64,000 bases of DNA from a virus (IMGVR_UViG_3300017716_003594:3424-67423), one strand, 5' to 3'. Shown: positions 1 to 8,129, counted from the first letter of the stretch. The notes: generated by a model from the sequence alone, not told the origin. Program-made: numbers and translations.

Positions 1-171
1 TGCCTCACCGTGTCGTCGCCATCGTATCGCGACCGCCCGCACCAATGGGATGGCGTGCACCAGGAAACCTGGACCTACGGGTCTCCCAGCGTTGAGACCA
101 GGGTGAACCGCGTCCGCGACGAGCGGCTGGCCAAGCGCCTGGAGTTCGAGCGTACAGGAAAACCCTGGTAG
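1..171 (+). CDS. 3' end of a hypothetical protein (truncated by window edge)
   Basis: Frame 1 is open from base 1 to TAG at 169-171 (..ERLAKRLEFERTGKPW*). Confidence 0.5.
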   Translation, partial: CLTVSSPSYRDRPHQWDGVHQETWTYGSPSVETRVNRVRDERLAKRLEFERTGKPW

Positions 172-208
172 CTGAATGAGGGTTTAACTGGGCAAAGCTC
201 TCGGGTAT

Positions 209-516
209 CCTGGCTTGGCGTTCGTTGAGATCAAGCTAGGACGGCGACACCCGGGGGCAGTGCCCGGCGCCTCCACCAAGTGCCAACCGGAGACCACTGT
301 CTCCGCAGCTGTCAGGCCGCCATGTGTCGCCTGTCTCCGGTTGGTACCTGATGGGGGCGACACAGGTTCGACCGACGTTTGACTGCAAGATGGAGAGCGT
401 CGGTTGACCCCGCAAAAGTCGCGAACTAACTGCCAACGATAACGTTGACATGGAAGAAATGCGCCTCGCGGCGTAACCTTCCGGGGCCCGGCGACGCCTA
501 GCAACAGAAGTCGCCA
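209..516 (+). ncRNA. ssrA: Circularly permuted (two-piece, alphaproteobacterial-type) tmRNA
   Basis: T-arm CCGGG-GGCAGTG-CCCGG (251-267), then acceptor 3' strand CGCCTCC-A-CCA (268-278). These precede the acceptor 5' strand GGGGGCG (353-359), which pairs with it and gives a G3.U wobble. The tag ORF is at 432-476, followed by a terminal hairpin GGCGAC..CCTAGCAACAGAA..GTCGCC (490-515). The 5' start is approximate. Confidence 0.93.
432..476 (+). other. tmRNA tag reading frame, (A)ANDNVDMEEMRLAA*
   Basis: TAACT followed by GCC AAC GAT AAC GTT GAC ATG GAA GAA ATG CGC CTC GCG GCG TAA; has the ANDN start and LAA end typical of ssrA tags. Confidence 0.9.
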
Positions 517-669
517 CTTTATTCGGACGGCGGACGTCCTGTACGGTGAGGCACCTGGCCCACCAAAGAGCCGCAGCCAGGTCGGGCCAACTGGACCTCT
601 TAAGGTCCCGTCCGGAAGGCCCGCTAGGTCCCGAGCCGGGGCGTTTATGAGGAGGCTCGACGACCGCCA

Positions 670-768
670 TGCTCGTCTCCGAGCTGCATCTACCTGGCGC
701 TAGACTGGCGTCTCGGCCCCTGGCTAGTCACCAGGGTCTCATATGGTGGTGCAGCACGGAGACGAGCA
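670..768 (+). ncRNA. Candidate structured RNA: long stem closing a three-way junction with complementary loops
   Basis: 670-681 pairs perfectly with 757-768 and 683-690 pairs with 748-755. The two inner hairpins have loop regions GACTGG and CTAGTC that can pair with each other. No credible ORF. Confidence 0.45.
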
Positions 769-874
769 CATTGGCGCCGGTAACAGGTACTCCCCGCACG
801 TCACCTAACGACATAGGCCGGGGGAGTTAAACGAGTGGATGCGGGACGGCCTGTCCGCCAATAAGGAGAGACCC

Positions 875-1198
875 ATGGGCTTTGATGGACGCGGCCGAGA
901 CGCCAGCACTCTCCCCGACACCGTGATGGAAAAGCTTCCTCGGACCCACGTGCCAATGCACGCCAGGGACCTGATCCGGGCGTTCGTCAAGCGCATCCAG
1001 AACATCGATGACGAGATCGCCAAGCACAACGCCGCGAAGTCTGAGGTCTACTCCGAGGCCAAAGCGCTGGGACTCTGCAAAGCCACGCTCCGCAAGGTGG
1101 TGCAGCGAGCCAGGAAGTCCAAGGACGAAGTCGAGGAAGCCGACACACTAGTCGAGCTTTACGAGCGTTGCCTCCAGCGCGATCCACTGGACGATTGA
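875..1198 (+). CDS. gapR: GapR/DUF2312 family nucleoid-associated DNA-binding protein
   Basis: RAFVKRIQNIDDEIAKHNAAKSEVYSEAKALG..TLRKVVQ..EEADTLVELY matches the GapR pattern; SD AAGGAG lies before ATG 875. Confidence 0.85.
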   Translation: MGFDGRGRDASTLPDTVMEKLPRTHVPMHARDLIRAFVKRIQNIDDEIAKHNAAKSEVYSEAKALGLCKATLRKVVQRARKSKDEVEEADTLVELYERCLQRDPLDD

Positions 1199-1254
1199 GG
1201 GCGTCTTTCCCGTAGGCTTTCCGGCATGTTGACCTCCAAACAGGAGATCAGGCC

Positions 1255-2205
1255 ATGGCCACAAGAGAGATACCGGACGCCGTTGACGGCTTCTTCCACA
1301 ACTACCGCGACCACTCCTTCAACAAGCGCACAGTCGAGATGCTCGGCCACGCGACCAGGATCGTGGACAACATGCGGGAGCAGGGCTACAAGCTCACGCT
1401 CCGCCAGCTCTATTACCGGCTGGTGTCGGAAGGGCTGATTGCCAACAATGACCACGAGTACAAGAAGCTCGGGCGCATCGTCACCCATGCACGCGAGTCC
1501 GGCCGGATGGACTGGCTGGCCATTGAAGACCGCGGCCGTCAAGCCTACGGTCCGCAGTGCGAGGAAGACCTCGACAAGCTCGCCAAGGGCATTGCCGACC
1601 AGTTGAAGTTTGACCAGTGGATGCGCCAGGACACCTACCTGGAAGTCTGGGTCGAGAAGCAGGCGCTCGAGTCCGTCATTGCTCGGCCCTGTAACCGGCT
1701 TGACGTCATCTACATGGCCTGCAAAGGTCACCTGTCGGCGTCTGAAGCCTGGCGCGCCGGCCAGCGATACCAGCGAGCCTTGGACCGCGGCAAGAACTGC
1801 GTCCTGATCCACCTGGCCGACCACGATCCGTCCGGCATCCACATGACCGAGGACAACCGTGACCGGGTCCGCATGTTCGCGGAAGACCAGGGCATAAAGG
1901 TCGAGCGCATTGCTCTGAACATGTCGCAGGTCGAACAGTACGCTCCGCCACCGAACCCGACCAAAAAGACAGACTCCCGCACGGCGTCATACAACAAGCG
2001 CTTTGGTGGCAGCTGCTGGGAGCTCGACGCTCTCGAGCCGTCGGTGCTGGACTCCCTTATCACCGGGGCAATCAACCGCTATCGTGACGAAGACCTGTGG
2101 GCCGAAGTCCTGGAGCTCGAGGCAGAAGAAAAGCGTCCGCTGGAAGCCCTGGCCGACAACTGGAACGCGGTCAAGAAGTTCATGAAGGACTCCGAGTTCT
2201 ACTGA
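1255..2205 (+). CDS. Top6A/Spo11-like protein (winged helix with catalytic Tyr plus Toprim), Mini-A-like
   Basis: LTLRQLYY (Y53/Y54), WVEK (E134) and DHDPSG (D189/D191) motifs; SD CAGGAG. Confidence 0.75.
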   Translation: MATREIPDAVDGFFHNYRDHSFNKRTVEMLGHATRIVDNMREQGYKLTLRQLYYRLVSEGLIANNDHEYKKLGRIVTHARESGRMDWLAIEDRGRQAYGPQCEEDLDKLAKGIADQLKFDQWMRQDTYLEVWVEKQALESVIARPCNRLDVIYMACKGHLSASEAWRAGQRYQRALDRGKNCVLIHLADHDPSGIHMTEDNRDRVRMFAEDQGIKVERIALNMSQVEQYAPPPNPTKKTDSRTASYNKRFGGSCWELDALEPSVLDSLITGAINRYRDEDLWAEVLELEAEEKRPLEALADNWNAVKKFMKDSEFY

Positions 2206-2495
2206 TGACCCCGGAAACGGAAAAGCGCCTGAGGGACCTCGCGGATAGTCTCCGCGGGTCCTGCCGGCTTCTCGACGACGAAGAACGGGACCTTGTAGAC
2301 GAGGCTCCCGAGTTCTTTGACACGCTGGTCTTCTGTTGCGAAGAGTGCGGCTGGTGGTGTGGGGAAGACGAGTACGGCCGGAAAGACATGCACTGCGACG
2401 AGTGCTCCCCAACCGAGGACGACGGTTTCCCGGAAGACGATGACGACGCAGACTCCGACTATGACAGCGACGACGAAGATGACGAGGACGGATAA
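2205..2495 (+). CDS. Small Cys-rich protein with very acidic tail
   Basis: TGATG overlap with the upstream gene; CCEECGWWC and HCDEC motifs; D/E-rich C-terminus. Confidence 0.7.
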   Translation: MTPETEKRLRDLADSLRGSCRLLDDEERDLVDEAPEFFDTLVFCCEECGWWCGEDEYGRKDMHCDECSPTEDDGFPEDDDDADSDYDSDDEDDEDG

Positions 2496-4965
2496 CTGGG
2501 GCCATTGGTATGTGCACCTGGGGAACCTCGTCGACAAGTGGAAGGCCTATCTCCGGCTCCACCCAAACGCCCACGCTACTGCGGACTTCGAGACCAGGTC
2601 AGCCTGTGAGCTGACCGTCGTCGGTTCCTGGCTCTACTCCAAGCATCCGACAACGCAGGCCATGTGCCTGTCCTACAAGCTGCCGGGCGAGACCTTTGTC
2701 CGTCGCTGGCATCGCGAGCACCCTGGCATTCCGGCAACGGCGCCTCCTGAGGAGCTGTTCGCCTTCATAATGGCCGGCGGCAACGTCGAAGCCCACAACG
2801 CCTTCTTTGAGCGGGTCATCTGGAAGAACGTCTGCGCCGCTCGTATGGGCTGGCCGGAAATGCCCAGTCGTCAATGGCGCTGCTCCGCCGCCAAGGCCAG
2901 CGCTTCTGCCCTGCCTCGGGACTTGGCCTTGGCCTGTAACGCCATGGGCCTGGCCATCGGGAAAGACGGCGAGGGCCGGAAGCTCATGCTCAAGATGAGC
3001 AAACCCCGTAAGCCGACCAAGAAGGAAGTCGCTGCCTGGAAGGAAGCCTGGGGCGATACCGAGATGGGTCTCGACTGGCACGAAGACCCGGACGACCTCG
3101 AGCGGCTTTGGCTGTACTGCGACCGAGACGTGCTCGCCGAAGAGGCGTTTAGCGAAGCCGTACCTGATCTTTCCCCTGACGAACTAGCTCTCTGGCAGAT
3201 AAATCAAGAGCTTAACGAGCGGGGAAGCCGGTTTGACCTGCGTTTTGCCAAGATCGCGCTGGCAGCTGCTGACAAGTGGAAAGCCGTTCTGAACCGTGAG
3301 CTCCACGCCATGACCGGCATACCCGCCGCGTCTCAGAGGGCGGTGGTCAAAGCCTGGCTCAAGGAGCACGAAGACCTCGACCTGCCCGACACCACTGGCG
3401 AAGTGGTCGACTTCTACCTGGGCCGGATCGAGATGAGCGGTCGCGCCAGGCGCGTGCTGGAGATACTCAAGCAGGTCAACCGGACGTCGATCCGGAAGTT
3501 CCAGGCCATGCTGAAGATGTGCGACCCGGACGACGAGCGGGCGCGAGACCTGCTGATGTTCCACGGCGCCAACACCGGACGCGACTCAGGCAAGGGCATC
3601 CAGGTCCACAACTTCCCACGCGGCAAGTGCGAGAACGCCTGGTCCAAGAAGGATGGCAAGCCCTACTTCGATATGGACAGGGCGGTCGAGGACGCGCTCA
3701 CCGGCGACGTCGAGTGGATGGCCTCGATGGCCGGCGACGTCATGGAGATGCTGTCCAGCGCCTTGCGCGGAGCCGTGATCCCGGCAGACGGCCGAGACCT
3801 GATCGTTGCGGACTACGCCGCCATTGAAGCCAGGTGCGTACTGTGGGAAGCCAACGCCACCGAGGCGCTGCTGATCTTCCTCCGCACCGACACAGACATC
3901 TACTGCGACATGGCGACCGGCATCTACGGCTTCGAGGTGCGGAAGAAGGACCACCCGAACGAACGCCAGTTCGGCAAGCAGGCCGTGCTGGGTCTCGGCT
4001 ACGGGATGGGCTTCATCACCTTCCTGCTCACCTGCCGAAAGTACGACATCACCTTCTCAGTCGAGCAGGTCAAGGGCATTCTCAAAGACCATTACGACAA
4101 GTACATGGACTGGGTGACCAACTACCTGTTCCCCAAGCCTGCAAAGAACCCGACGCCTGAGCAGCAGAAGAAGGACGTCGCCCGGATGCGCCAGGCGGCA
4201 AAGGTACGGTACAGGCTGATCGAGAAGCGCGAGGACCCCAAGGCGATCATCCATGAGCTCGCACTCATGAAGTACACCGTGGACGTCTACAGGTCACGCT
4301 ACCCGGAAGTCAAGAAGTTCTGGAGCGACCTGGAAGAGGCCGCCATCAGCGCCGTCGAAGCTTGGGACAAGATCATTGATGCTGGCCTGGAGGACCTGCT
4401 CGAGAACAGAGCCTGGCTCGAGACACCGGCAGGTACAGCCTGGCGCGACAAGATCAAGGGCCCGGAGTTCACCGTCGGAGATACCGGCAAGATAGTCTAC
4501 TATTGCGACCGTGGCTTCCTGTGCTGCCGTCTGCCGTCGGGTCGTATCCTGCGCTACAGGAACCCCGAGGTTAAGCCTGTGAAGACCGAGTGGGGTGCGG
4601 TCAAGAAGGGTCTGCGCTACTGGACAATCGTCAAGGGCAACAAGTGGGCTCGTACCCGCACGTACGGAGGCAAGCTGGCAGAGAACGTCACCCAGGCCGT
4701 TGCCCGCGACATCATGATGGACGCTGTCCGGCGAGCCAACGGAGACCAGGGGCACACAGTCGAGGGCAACATCATCACGTTGCACTGGGGCCCCAAGAGC
4801 GTCTACGACATCAACTTCTCGGTCCACGATGAATTGCTGGCCGAGGTAGACAAAGACAAGGGTTCCGTAAAGGACTTCGAGAACCTAATGTCTGAGACAG
4901 AGGAATGGGCAGACGGTTGCCCGATCCTGGCAGAGGGGAAACGTTTCCCCCGATACAGAAAGTGA
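2479..4965 (+). CDS. polA: Family A DNA polymerase with 3'-5' exonuclease domain
   Basis: ADFETRS (Exo I), ADYAAIEAR (motif A), RQFGKQAVLGLGYG (motif B), GGKLAENVTQAVARD, SVHDE (motif C). Start placed at ATG 2479. Confidence 0.95.
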   Translation: MTRTDNWGHWYVHLGNLVDKWKAYLRLHPNAHATADFETRSACELTVVGSWLYSKHPTTQAMCLSYKLPGETFVRRWHREHPGIPATAPPEELFAFIMAGGNVEAHNAFFERVIWKNVCAARMGWPEMPSRQWRCSAAKASASALPRDLALACNAMGLAIGKDGEGRKLMLKMSKPRKPTKKEVAAWKEAWGDTEMGLDWHEDPDDLERLWLYCDRDVLAEEAFSEAVPDLSPDELALWQINQELNERGSRFDLRFAKIALAAADKWKAVLNRELHAMTGIPAASQRAVVKAWLKEHEDLDLPDTTGEVVDFYLGRIEMSGRARRVLEILKQVNRTSIRKFQAMLKMCDPDDERARDLLMFHGANTGRDSGKGIQVHNFPRGKCENAWSKKDGKPYFDMDRAVEDALTGDVEWMASMAGDVMEMLSSALRGAVIPADGRDLIVADYAAIEARCVLWEANATEALLIFLRTDTDIYCDMATGIYGFEVRKKDHPNERQFGKQAVLGLGYGMGFITFLLTCRKYDITFSVEQVKGILKDHYDKYMDWVTNYLFPKPAKNPTPEQQKKDVARMRQAAKVRYRLIEKREDPKAIIHELALMKYTVDVYRSRYPEVKKFWSDLEEAAISAVEAWDKIIDAGLEDLLENRAWLETPAGTAWRDKIKGPEFTVGDTGKIVYYCDRGFLCCRLPSGRILRYRNPEVKPVKTEWGAVKKGLRYWTIVKGNKWARTRTYGGKLAENVTQAVARDIMMDAVRRANGDQGHTVEGNIITLHWGPKSVYDINFSVHDELLAEVDKDKGSVKDFENLMSETEEWADGCPILAEGKRFPRYRK

Positions 4966-4973
4966 GACCAGCG

Positions 4974-5237
4974 ATGGCAAAGACGATCCAGAACCGCCGG
5001 CACATGCGCGGCTTCCTGTCCAAGAAGGCAGGCACTCCAGGCCAGCCATATCGCCGCTGCATTGACATCCAGTACACGGCTCCAAAGTCGCTGGCTCTCG
5101 ATGACGGCCGCCTGATCCACCCGGACTCCGGCGAGCGCAGCCGCTTCCCTTTCAACATGAACTACCTGCACCCGACCAAAGGCCGGCGCTCGCGTCGCTG
5201 CCCGGTGCCGCGTGACCAGTCCATGAAGCCGGCGTAA
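4974..5237 (+). CDS. Small basic hypothetical protein
   Basis: ORF fills the gap between polA and the HD gene; Arg/Lys-rich. Confidence 0.6.
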   Translation: MAKTIQNRRHMRGFLSKKAGTPGQPYRRCIDIQYTAPKSLALDDGRLIHPDSGERSRFPFNMNYLHPTKGRRSRRCPVPRDQSMKPA

Positions 5238-5242
5238 CGGTC

Positions 5243-5899
5243 ATGAGCGGAGAGCACCATCTCTACCAGGTTGAAGACGGCTGGTGCGAGCTGGGCGATG
5301 GTACGGCCTTCTACTTCGGGGCCGAGCCGAACGTCCTGGCTGAGTCCATTGAGCCGTGGTCTATTGCCATGGCGCTCTCCAAGCTCTGCCGCTACAATGG
5401 CCACACCCGGCGGTTCTACTCGGTCGCCGAGCATACTATCCTGATGGCCGACTACGTCGAGAAGGTCCTGAAGCTCGGGCCGCGCGAGTGCCTCACGGCT
5501 CTCCACCACGACGACAGCGAGGGCCTGGTGCTTGGAGACCTGCCAAGGCCAGTTAAGGTCAAGATGCCCCAGTTCAAGGCCCTCGAAGACCGGCACGACA
5601 AGGCCATCTCGATCAGGTTCAACACAATCTACCCGCTGCCGCCGTTTGTCAAGGACCTTGACGCCCGCATTCTGAACGACGAACGCCGGGCAGTCATGCG
5701 CAAGTCGCCTCACACCTGGGGCGTCGATGACCTGGAGCCAATGGGCGTGAAGTTCTGGGCGATCCGTGGCCGGTTCTGCAGGCTGGTTGCTCACGAGTGG
5801 CTCAAGCGCCATGAGCGCTGGACACGGATGATGGAGTCTGAGAAGACGCCGGAGCTGCCTGTGTTGGTCGCCAACCTGGACTCCTATCGGGGCGTCTGA
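5243..5899 (+). CDS. HD-domain (YfbR-like) deoxynucleotide phosphohydrolase
   Basis: RYNGHT..YSVAEH..LHHDDSE..GDLPRPVK motif. Confidence 0.85.
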   Translation: MSGEHHLYQVEDGWCELGDGTAFYFGAEPNVLAESIEPWSIAMALSKLCRYNGHTRRFYSVAEHTILMADYVEKVLKLGPRECLTALHHDDSEGLVLGDLPRPVKVKMPQFKALEDRHDKAISIRFNTIYPLPPFVKDLDARILNDERRAVMRKSPHTWGVDDLEPMGVKFWAIRGRFCRLVAHEWLKRHERWTRMMESEKTPELPVLVANLDSYRGV

Positions 5900-5900
5900 T

Positions 5901-7385
5901 GTGGCCCAGTACACCCACGAGATCATCGGAGCGTCGTTCAAGACGTCGCCGTTCATTCACCAGCTTAAGGAGCTGGAGCACCACGGTCTTGTGGCTGCTC
6001 GTGCTCTCTTCTGGCAGATGCGAACCGGCAAGTCCAAAACCATCGTGGACACGGCCTGCCTGGCGTTCACGCTTGGGACCATCGACACTGTACTGGTCTT
6101 TGCACCAAACGGCGTGCATGAGAATTGGGTTCAAAGGGAGCTCCCACTCCACCATTGGGACAACGTAGACCGGACCGCCTACTTCTGGCGTACGGACCAG
6201 CGAGACGACCCCGAGTTTGTCGAGGCCTTCAACGCTGCTATGGAGACCAAGAAGAAGCTCTCCTGGTTTGCGTTCTCTTCCGCCGTCATGACACGTGACG
6301 ACGTCCGCAAGCTGGTCAAAAAGGTTGTTCGCAAGCGCCGCTGCATGGTGGTGTTCGACGAGTCGCATGACTGGCGCTCTCCAGGCTCCAAGCGTACCAA
6401 GATGGCCAGGGCTCTTACCCTGCACTGTCCGATGCGTCGCATCCTGACCGGCACCTCCGCGGACAACTCGCCTCTGCATCTCTTCACCCAGTACGAGCTG
6501 CTGGGCTCTGACTCGCTTGGTTTCAGCACCTTTGAGGACTTCGAGAACAGGTACGCCGAGTACGAGATCAAGAAGACCTTCCACGAGAAGCAGTACCCCA
6601 AGCTAAAGGACTACAAGAACCTTGACGAGCTCCGGGCCAAGATCGCGCCACTGACGTCTGTCGTGCTCCGGACAGACTGCCACGACCTTCCGGCGCTTGT
6701 GCCTGATCGTCGCACGATCGAGCTCACCGAGGAGCAGAAACGCGTCTATCGTGAGCTGCAACACCAGTACCGGCTCGAGCTCGAACAGCATGGCCAGGTC
6801 TCGGTCGGCGAGAAGACGCAGAAAATGGTCAAGCTCCAGCAGGTCGTGTCCGGGTTCTTGAAGGATGAGTATGGCAAGGTGCACTGGCTTGCTGGCGGAA
6901 ACCCCAGACTAAACGTCCTGAAGCACGAGGTCCTCATGACCGCCGGACGTGTCATCGTCTGGTGCCAGTTCCACGAAGACCTGGACGCTGCAGCAGCTGG
7001 CTTGAGGGCTATCGGACGCGAGGTCCTAGAGTACCATGGCCGAACTTCCCCTAAGATGAAGGAGAAGGCGCGACGTTCGTTCGACCCGCTCTCGGGCGAC
7101 GGAGACTACGGACCGGACCTGGTAGCACAGGCTCAGTCCGGAGGCGCTGGACTCGCTCTGGGGGCAGACAGGATTATCTGGTACTCGCACACCTTCTCCG
7201 CGATTACCAGAAGCCAGGCCGACGAACGGGCTACGATCATGGGCGGAAAGAATATCCGCGTCACTGACTTCGTGGCCCCTGGAATTGACCCGTATATCCT
7301 GGACCATGTGAAGAAGAACGTGACCATCGCAGACGCCCTCACAAGACAGGGACTGCGGGAAGTCCTTGATAGGGTGAGCATATGA
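5901..7385 (+). CDS. SNF2-family helicase/translocase
   Basis: QMRTGKSK (Walker A-like), VFDESH, LTGT, VIVWCQF, QSGGAGL, RSQADER motifs. Confidence 0.9.
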   Translation: MAQYTHEIIGASFKTSPFIHQLKELEHHGLVAARALFWQMRTGKSKTIVDTACLAFTLGTIDTVLVFAPNGVHENWVQRELPLHHWDNVDRTAYFWRTDQRDDPEFVEAFNAAMETKKKLSWFAFSSAVMTRDDVRKLVKKVVRKRRCMVVFDESHDWRSPGSKRTKMARALTLHCPMRRILTGTSADNSPLHLFTQYELLGSDSLGFSTFEDFENRYAEYEIKKTFHEKQYPKLKDYKNLDELRAKIAPLTSVVLRTDCHDLPALVPDRRTIELTEEQKRVYRELQHQYRLELEQHGQVSVGEKTQKMVKLQQVVSGFLKDEYGKVHWLAGGNPRLNVLKHEVLMTAGRVIVWCQFHEDLDAAAAGLRAIGREVLEYHGRTSPKMKEKARRSFDPLSGDGDYGPDLVAQAQSGGAGLALGADRIIWYSHTFSAITRSQADERATIMGGKNIRVTDFVAPGIDPYILDHVKKNVTIADALTRQGLREVLDRVSI

Positions 7386-7732
7386 CCTCGCGGGTATTCA
7401 TTGTCCAGCGTCCGGCCCAGTACGACAAGACCAAGGGCGGTTGGATCAACAAGTATGACCTGAGCCCAGCGTCCGAGCACGGCGAGCTGGTCTTCCTGCT
7501 CCGCCCTGGCAATATCTTCAAGGCCAAGCTGGCCGACGCGCTGGAACGCCTGGAGCGCGAGCTCAAGGACTTCTCAAGCAACGACCACCTCCTGGCTGTT
7601 GGCGATCCGGTCGCCATTGCCGCCGCGGTTATGGTGGCGTCCAGGGCTTCTGGCGGCACGGTCTCGCTCCTCAAGTTTGACCGGATGACTGGCCGGTACG
7701 ACCCGTACGTCATTTCCCTAAACAATGGTTGA
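7382..7732 (+). CDS. Hypothetical protein
   Basis: ATGA overlap with the helicase; 116 aa with normal codon usage. Confidence 0.7.
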   Translation: MTSRVFIVQRPAQYDKTKGGWINKYDLSPASEHGELVFLLRPGNIFKAKLADALERLERELKDFSSNDHLLAVGDPVAIAAAVMVASRASGGTVSLLKFDRMTGRYDPYVISLNNG

Positions 7733-7757
7733 CGGGACCCAAACTCCCCGGCATCCT
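7729..7757 (+). promoter_or_regulatory. Putative sigma70-type promoter
   Basis: TTGACG-N17-CATCCT upstream of the ORF at 7831. Confidence 0.5.
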
Positions 7758-7830
7758 GCCTGGGTCGCGTGCCCAGACATGGCCGCGAAGTCCCGGGCCT
7801 AAGAGCTCACACAAGAAAGAGAGACATCCC

Positions 7831-8091
7831 ATGTCGAAAGACGCTGCTGCCGCCAAACCGGCGAAAGAACCCAAGGGCCCCACCGTCGGCGACGTCGCCA
7901 TCGAGGCCATCCGCGCCGGCAAGACCAACGAGGAAGCCCTCGCCGCGGTCAAGGCCAAGTTCCCGGAAGCGAAGACTTCCATGCCGTCCATCAACTGGTA
8001 CCGGAACAAGCTCCGCTCGGAAGGCGAGAAGGTTCCGACGGCGCGCGAGCTGAAGAAAGCCGCGAAAGAAAAAGCCGACCCGCTGGCCTAG
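7831..8091 (+). CDS. Small basic putative DNA-binding protein (paralogue of 13759 and 41927 genes)
   Basis: VKAKFPEAKTSMPSINWYRNKLR motif is shared with two other ORFs. Confidence 0.75.
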   Translation: MSKDAAAAKPAKEPKGPTVGDVAIEAIRAGKTNEEALAAVKAKFPEAKTSMPSINWYRNKLRSEGEKVPTARELKKAAKEKADPLA

Positions 8092-8129
8092 GCCCGGTTC
8101 GCAACCCCTCCGGGGCGTGCTATCATGAA

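Noticed and set aside
172-211. CTGAATGAG as a hammerhead core, and TTTAAC-N17-TATCCT as the tmRNA promoter
   Set aside because: The hammerhead needs CTGATGA plus GAAA with flanking stems, which are absent. The promoter fits the phage consensus, but its start site would cut the 209-240 hairpin, so it was left uncalled.
241-380. Ordinary tRNA-Ala gene
   Set aside because: The 3' half precedes the 5' half, there is no anticodon arm, and a tag ORF follows; this is a permuted tmRNA.
2317-2478. N-terminal extension of polA in the ORF track
   Set aside because: It overlaps the acidic Zn-finger gene in another frame and has low-complexity Thr-rich sequence; ATG 2479 is the more plausible start.
5243-5899. 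2-aminoadenine (Z) genome suggested by a DatZ-like HD protein
   Set aside because: No PurZ/adenylosuccinate synthetase homologue in the window.
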